A stretch of DNA of 64,000 nt from Promethearchaeia archaeon. GTDB lineage: Archaea; Asgardarchaeota; Lokiarchaeia; Sigyniarchaeales; SOKP01. The translations under genes and the position numbers were made by a program. Below, in pieces: positions 58,573 to 64,000 of the stretch. The stretch covers positions 32,001 through 96,000 of the forward strand of contig JAHQWH010000015.1 in assembly GCA_029856105.1 (NCBI GenBank). Direction: 5' to 3'. The notes beneath the pieces are model-generated. The model was not told where the DNA came from, made no database searches, and saw only the letters and a program-made list of their open reading frames with translations. The first letter of the stretch is position 1; every line of letters starts with the position of its first letter.

Positions 58573-60156
58573 ATGAATCTTGAAATTTTTGGTGGATTGA
58601 ACGAAATTGGAGGAAATAAAATCTTCATTAATATAGGAGATAAAAAGTTTCTCTTTGACTTTGGTCTTTCTTTTAGTGAGAATCAAAAATATTTCTCAGA
58701 ATTCCTCACTCCACGCAAACTAAATGGAATTATTGATTATTTGTATTTAGGTCTTATACCCTCTATTAATAAATTATATCGGAACGATCTAATTACCCCA
58801 TTTTCTGATATTTTGAATTCAGAACCATATAAAATTATTACTACTAATGAAAATATTGTGGATGCATTTTTTCTTACGCACGCACATATGGACCACTACA
58901 AATTCATATGCTTTCTCAAACAAAACACACCAATCTATATGAACTGGATTTCAAATACGATAATCGAGCATATCACAAGCACTTCAAATGACCCTCTCTT
59001 ACATGAAGTTTTAAATTTTTATGACACTTTTAAAATCGTACCAAAAAAAAGACAACGTAAAGATAGTGAAATTGAATATAAGAGAGCAACCAAACCGGAT
59101 TACAAACAATCAGAAATTAAGAGACCAATTAAGATTATAAAAGAAGGCATACCTATATCGTTTAAATCGTCTCAGGGAGAGGTCATTATTACTCAGTTTC
59201 AAACGGACCATTCAATTCCAGGCGCTTGTTCCTATATTATTGAGTGCGATGGGAGAAGTGTCATTTACACAGGCGATTTTAGACGGCATGGATCTCATAG
59301 TGCTTGGGTGGACGATTTTATTAAAAAAGCTTGTGAATCCAACCCAATAGCAATTATTACTGAAGGCACAAGAGTTCCGAATATTGAGGATTTCAAGAAA
59401 GGCAAATATCGTAGGGGTGAACAATCTGAAAGCGATGTAGAAGTTCGCTCAAGAGAAACTATTAGGAATCATCCGGGGTTAATTCTCGTGAGATGTCCTT
59501 CTAGAAGTCTCGATAGGATTTTATTATATTATTCGCTTGCAAAAAAGTTCAATCGAAGATTCGCGATTACTCCCAAAATATTTCACTTAATCGATTGCTT
59601 TAGAATGAGACTTGATAATATGGACGAAAGCGTTATAAAACAATATTATAACAATTACGATCTTCCTGATTTTAGTGATAAAAACTTCGTTATATATCTA
59701 CCGCGAAAAGGTTGGGGCATATTCGAATCCGCAGATTATAAAGGGTATCAAAAAGATATCCTTAAAATTGGTAACTATGTTACATACAAGGATGTTAAAA
59801 AAGAACCTGAAAAATATTTACTCTATCTTGATTATTTTATGCTGAGTGAATTAATAGACTTAGATCAAAAACCTGGTAAAACTCTATTTCTAAACTCTGT
59901 TACTGACCCATTTAATGAAGAGATGACAATAAAAGAAGAGAAGTTAGATATGTGGCTAAAAAGATTCGGAATATCGAAAACTGAAACAGTTCATTCATCA
60001 GGGCATTGCACCGTAGATGGCCTAATGGATTTTCTTCAAAAAATTGATGCCGAAAATATAATACCCGTACATACGGAACATCCCGAAACATTTCAAGAAT
60101 TTGGATTATCTGGAAAAGTAATTTTGCCTGAAAAAGGAAAAAAATATACATTTTAG
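58573..60156 (+). CDS. MBL/beta-CASP nuclease (RNase J-like)
   Basis: EIGGN, DFG, THAHMDH, DHSIPG, YTGDFR, HSSGH, IPVH. Confidence 0.88.
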   Translation: MNLEIFGGLNEIGGNKIFINIGDKKFLFDFGLSFSENQKYFSEFLTPRKLNGIIDYLYLGLIPSINKLYRNDLITPFSDILNSEPYKIITTNENIVDAFFLTHAHMDHYKFICFLKQNTPIYMNWISNTIIEHITSTSNDPLLHEVLNFYDTFKIVPKKRQRKDSEIEYKRATKPDYKQSEIKRPIKIIKEGIPISFKSSQGEVIITQFQTDHSIPGACSYIIECDGRSVIYTGDFRRHGSHSAWVDDFIKKACESNPIAIITEGTRVPNIEDFKKGKYRRGEQSESDVEVRSRETIRNHPGLILVRCPSRSLDRILLYYSLAKKFNRRFAITPKIFHLIDCFRMRLDNMDESVIKQYYNNYDLPDFSDKNFVIYLPRKGWGIFESADYKGYQKDILKIGNYVTYKDVKKEPEKYLLYLDYFMLSELIDLDQKPGKTLFLNSVTDPFNEEMTIKEEKLDMWLKRFGISKTETVHSSGHCTVDGLMDFLQKIDAENIIPVHTEHPETFQEFGLSGKVILPEKGKKYTF

Positions 60157-60227
60157 AAATAATTGAGAAAAAAAAATACTTTAACACCTAAAAGGTGCTA
60201 ATGTTAATTTGTTGGATTTTTGATTTG

Positions 60228-61355
60228 TTATCTGGATCCACAGACAATTTGGCGTTTTTTGGTAAAAATTAACCAAATTACGCTAAATCCAATGAATAAT
60301 AAGAAAGAATTACCAAATGGAATTATCGGGTCGGAAATATCAAAGACCGCCAAACCGGAACGATCATCCGCCACATAGGCGTAATCTCCGCTCACGTAAA
60401 CACCAATTGCATATCCTGTCGTGTCTTCGTAGATGGGTGTTCCCGGGTTTGTCGGGTTAGAAACATCAATGATCGCCAAACCGGAATCGCCATCCGCCAC
60501 GTAGGCATAATTTCCACTCACATAAACGCTCCATGCATATCCGGTCGTGTCTTTGTAGACGGGTGTTCCCGGGTTTGTCGGGTTGGAAACGTCGATGACT
60601 GCCAATCTATCGGTACATGCCATGTAGACGTAATCTCCCCTCACATAAACGCCTCGTGCATTTCCAGTCGTGTCTTCGTAGATGGGCATTCCTGGGTTTG
60701 CCGGGTTGGAAACATCGATGACTGCCAAACCAGAATCGTAATCTGCCACATATGCGTAATTTCCGCTCACATAAACGCCATTTGCACCTCCGGTCGTGTC
60801 TTCGTAGACGGGCGTTCCTGGGTTTGCAGGGTTGGAGACATCGATGACCGCTAAACCCGAATCGTAATCTGCCACATAGGCGTAACCTCCGCTCACGAAA
60901 ATGCCACGTGCAGATCCTATCGTGTCTTCGTAGACGGGCGTTCCCGGGTTTGCCGGGTCGGAAACATCGATGATCGCCAAGCCCGAATCGTAATCTGCCA
61001 CAAAGGCGTAACCTCCACTCACATAAACGCCACGTGCAGATCCTGTCGTGTCTTCGTAGACGGGCGTTCCCGGGTTTGCAGGGTTGGAAACATCGATAAC
61101 CGCCAAACCCGAATCGTAATCTGCCACATAGGCGTAACCTCCGCTCACATAAACGCCACGTGCAGATCCTGTCGTGTCTTCGTAGTAAACAGTAGATGCT
61201 TGGAGTGGTTGCGTATTAATATTCTCGTTAGGATTCTTCTCTTCAATGGGAATTAAGATATCTCTCTGTAAACTTATTAACAAATTTGGAATTACGATAA
61301 ACATTGAAATAAATAAAATAATCAGCGAGATTTTATTTTTTTTTGATTTCTGCAT
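60228..61355 (-). CDS. Cell-surface LVIVD-repeat beta-propeller protein with C-terminal membrane anchor
   Basis: N-terminal signal/TM; seven YAYVAD..SGLAVIDVSNP repeats; IPFG-hydrophobic-KKR tail. Confidence 0.9.
   Translation of the reverse strand: MQKSKKNKISLIILFISMFIVIPNLLISLQRDILIPIEEKNPNENINTQPLQASTVYYEDTTGSARGVYVSGGYAYVADYDSGLAVIDVSNPANPGTPVYEDTTGSARGVYVSGGYAFVADYDSGLAIIDVSDPANPGTPVYEDTIGSARGIFVSGGYAYVADYDSGLAVIDVSNPANPGTPVYEDTTGGANGVYVSGNYAYVADYDSGLAVIDVSNPANPGMPIYEDTTGNARGVYVRGDYVYMACTDRLAVIDVSNPTNPGTPVYKDTTGYAWSVYVSGNYAYVADGDSGLAIIDVSNPTNPGTPIYEDTTGYAIGVYVSGDYAYVADDRSGLAVFDISDPIIPFGNSFLLFIGFSVIWLIFTKKRQIVCGSR
60325..61190 (-). repeat. Intragenic tandem repeat, 7 x 126 bp (one unit 123 bp)
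   Basis: GTGTCTT anchor at 60421, 60547, 60670, 60796, 60922, 61048, 61174. Confidence 0.95.
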
Positions 61356-61822
61356 TTATTTACACCACCGTCTTAAATTTTCTTAAAGATATCTTTTTAA
61401 TATTAAGATGTTATTATTTTTAAAGAATGTGATCAGTAATTGAAAAATGACAGTTATGCGTTGCCCCCGATATAATAGAAAGAAAATTACAGCGGAATTT
61501 TCGAACGTGCTGAATATAATTTAGAATTTAAGAAAGGCGTTTTAGAAAAGTTTGGTAAATTGAACATATTAGCCATTGAAGAAAAGAAAAGTACTTTAGA
61601 AGTGTTAAAGAAAATGAAGAAATTAAGGAATAAAAGTAATTTTATATTTATTTAGTCAAGTATTGAAACATATATTAGAAAAAGATTTCTTCTAATTTCA
61701 GAAGTAAATAAAAGAGATTAAACTAAATTTTGATTTACCAAATTTTTTAATAAATTTTGCATTAAAACAATATAATTATTATATAAAATAAGATATATGA
61801 TTGTATTGAGGAGATTATAAGA

Positions 61823-63226
61823 ATGCCTGTACCCGTTGCGTTTATGCAGTTAAGTTCGTGTTGGGGTTGTCATCAGAGTTTATTAAACGCCCATCTAGGA
61901 CTACTCGATATTTTACCTAATTTAGATATCGTCTATTGGCCGGCTGTAGTTGATTTCAAGCACGATTCATTGAAAGCAAGGAAAGATGGAAGTATTGTTG
62001 TTGGATTCTTAGAAGGTGTAGCTAGAACTAAACAAGATACAGCCAATATTAAATTAATGAGAAAGAAATGTAGTATAATAGTTGCTTTTGGGACTTGCGC
62101 TTGTTACGGAAGTGTAGCAGGTTTAGCAAATTTGTTTGATAAAGACGAATTGATAAAAAGAAAATTTATGGAAACCGAATCTATTACTGATAAAGAACCT
62201 AAGGAACCAAGCCAACATGTACCTGGAATCGAGGAATTTATTGTTAATGTAAAAGATATAATTGATGTAGATGTATTTATCCCGGGATGCCCACCAACGA
62301 CGGATAACATAGTAGCTGCGATAACCTATTTGTTTACATTAGTTGGCGAGGGACCAAGCTCTCTCGACAAAAATAAGTGCGTATGCGATAATTGCGACCT
62401 TTTCAAAGAAGGCTGTTTTTTAGATAAAGGTAAATTGTGTTATGGTCCAATTACAGCTGCGGGATGTGAATTAATGTGTCCCCACGAAGGAGATATGTGT
62501 CTAGGCTGCTTTAAACCCACAAATAAGCCGGGTGAGAAGTTTAAGCTATTAAAACAGATATTAGATGGTGTAGAAGAATTAGACGCTGAAACAGGAGCTA
62601 GTTTACAGCATTTTCTTAATCTGTACTTAGGCGCGTCAAATATTACCAACTTTTATTTTAGGGGAGATTTATTGCAGCGACTAGCCTACGAACCCGATAG
62701 TTTCAAAGTAAAGGAAATTGAAACTGAGAAAGGCCCAAAACTAATTTTAGATGTCGAACCAACTGGGACTAATGCTATTGATGAAATTGTAGGAGCTTCA
62801 TTGTTCCTATTAAAGAACGATCCATATTTTAAATTCAGTTCTAAAACGGTTTGTAGCCATTGCGATAGAGAAGTTGCTGATAAAGTTCCAACTGAATTGA
62901 AAAGAGACTACGAAGGATTACCCTCCATGGATACGTGTTTTTTAGAGCAAGGTTATATATGTTTGGGACCTGTAACACAAGCCGGTTGCGGTGCAATTTG
63001 TCCAAATAAAGCGAACGCACCTTGTTTAGGATGTTATGGCCCTCCAGTGGGAGTAGAGGATCAAGGTCTAAAATTTATTAGTTCTTTAGGTTCTCTCTGT
63101 GCCGACCGCGATGTCGACGAAGTAATGAAAGCGATAAAAGATCCAGCAGGGTTGTTTAATAGATTTACTTTAGCAGCTAGCGTCTTGGGTCATAAATACC
63201 ACGATAAGATAGAGGAAGAAGAATAA
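61823..63226 (+). CDS. MvhG-like hydrogenase small subunit with duplicated distal Fe-S domain
   Basis: SSCWGC, GTCACYG, IPGCPP; two copies of CxxC...CFL..G..C.GP.T.AGC...CP....C.GC. Confidence 0.85.
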   Translation: MPVPVAFMQLSSCWGCHQSLLNAHLGLLDILPNLDIVYWPAVVDFKHDSLKARKDGSIVVGFLEGVARTKQDTANIKLMRKKCSIIVAFGTCACYGSVAGLANLFDKDELIKRKFMETESITDKEPKEPSQHVPGIEEFIVNVKDIIDVDVFIPGCPPTTDNIVAAITYLFTLVGEGPSSLDKNKCVCDNCDLFKEGCFLDKGKLCYGPITAAGCELMCPHEGDMCLGCFKPTNKPGEKFKLLKQILDGVEELDAETGASLQHFLNLYLGASNITNFYFRGDLLQRLAYEPDSFKVKEIETEKGPKLILDVEPTGTNAIDEIVGASLFLLKNDPYFKFSSKTVCSHCDREVADKVPTELKRDYEGLPSMDTCFLEQGYICLGPVTQAGCGAICPNKANAPCLGCYGPPVGVEDQGLKFISSLGSLCADRDVDEVMKAIKDPAGLFNRFTLAASVLGHKYHDKIEEEE

Positions 63227-63723
63227 TGGTAATGATCGATTACGAATTAAAAAAAAAGGTAATGGATGCTAACATTCACGACGCTTTAAAATATTGCTAT
63301 CAATGCAATCGTTGCACAGATGTTTGTCCCGTTGCGGATCTCGCACCAAATAGATACAACCCTCGAGATTTAATCTTAAATTCTTTTCTGGGATTGAGAG
63401 AGAACATATTTAGAGGGGACGATAATTTTAATATATGGGGTTGTACTATGTGCGACACATGTGACGAGATATGTCCTCAAAAAATCGAATTAACTGGCAT
63501 ATTTACTGTACTAAAAAATATGTCAATTGCTATGGGTGAAGGACCAGAATATTATACGATTCAAGCTTCAGCGATTTACGATAGTGGAAAAGCCATCCCA
63601 CCCCAACCCGCAATTGAAAGAAGAAGAGAACAATTAGGACTTCCTAAAGTTGAAACTCCAAACATTGAAGAAGTCAAAACAATATTAAATGAAACTAAAT
63701 TAAATAAAATTATAAATAAATAA
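63226..63723 (+). CDS. hdrC: HdrC-like subunit
   Basis: CYQCNRCTDVCP, WGCTMCDTCDEICPQ. Confidence 0.88.
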   Translation: MVMIDYELKKKVMDANIHDALKYCYQCNRCTDVCPVADLAPNRYNPRDLILNSFLGLRENIFRGDDNFNIWGCTMCDTCDEICPQKIELTGIFTVLKNMSIAMGEGPEYYTIQASAIYDSGKAIPPQPAIERRREQLGLPKVETPNIEEVKTILNETKLNKIINK

Positions 63724-63739
63724 GAAAAGAGAATTTATT

Positions 63740-64000
63740 ATGGCTAAAGTTGAAGAAGAATATAAACTGTTTCCTGGTTGCACTATTGGCAACAGAATTC
63801 CGTTCATAGAAGCTAGCGCCCGTAAAGTATTTGATAAGCTAGGAATAAAGACTTCTGACGCTGCTTTTGCGTGTTGTCCCGATCCAGTTGGCTTTAATTC
63901 TGTTGACCATACGAGTTGGTTGGCAATGGGCGCTCGTAACCTAACGCTTGCCGAAGCTGAAGGAAAAGATATTGTTTCGCTATGTAATGGTTGTTTTCAA
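63740..64000 (+). CDS. hdrB: HdrB-like subunit, truncated by window edge
   Basis: Manual translation MAKVEEEYKLFPGCTIGNRIP...ACCPDP...ARNL...LCNGCFQ. Confidence 0.9.
   Translation, partial: MAKVEEEYKLFPGCTIGNRIPFIEASARKVFDKLGIKTSDAAFACCPDPVGFNSVDHTSWLAMGARNLTLAEAEGKDIVSLCNGCFQ

Noticed and set aside
60325-61190. CRISPR array or DGR template/variable repeat
   Set aside because: Units are contiguous in-frame 126-bp coding repeats without unique spacers; no cas or reverse transcriptase gene in the window
149-62649. Many short antisense or overlapping ORFs in the six-frame track
   Set aside because: They are shadows of well-supported genes and show no family motifs

Overview
AT-rich archaeal chromosomal window, most consistent with an Asgard archaeon (Lokiarchaeia/Promethearchaeia). 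It combines an H4MPT-type C1 and energy repertoire (fwdA separated from fwdH/F/D/B/C-fdhD, mvhD, hdrCBA, a second mvhG-like-hdrC-hdrB cluster, hypD/hypF, AOR, 2-oxoacid:ferredoxin oxidoreductase) with eukaryotic-signature-type proteins (roadblock, small GTPase, longin-like domains). No transposase, CRISPR array or rRNA was seen. The most notable items are: (1) an apparent operon arsR - Rag/Arf-like small GTPase - MASE3/PAS histidine kinase - response regulator whose output domain resembles an NPRL2/uDENN longin, lying between cysteine genes (cysS, tRNA-Cys, Cys-tailed Lrp, cysE-cysK); (2) a tRNA-Cys(GCA) with a long class-II variable arm and a D-loop intron directly upstream of cysS; (3) a DapA-family aldolase fused to formaldehyde-activating enzyme; (4) tandem paralogues joining a nuclease-like fold to a longin-like domain; (5) a GC-rich structured intergenic element with a 12-codon ORF. 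All family assignments come from motif recognition by eye; no database searches were run.
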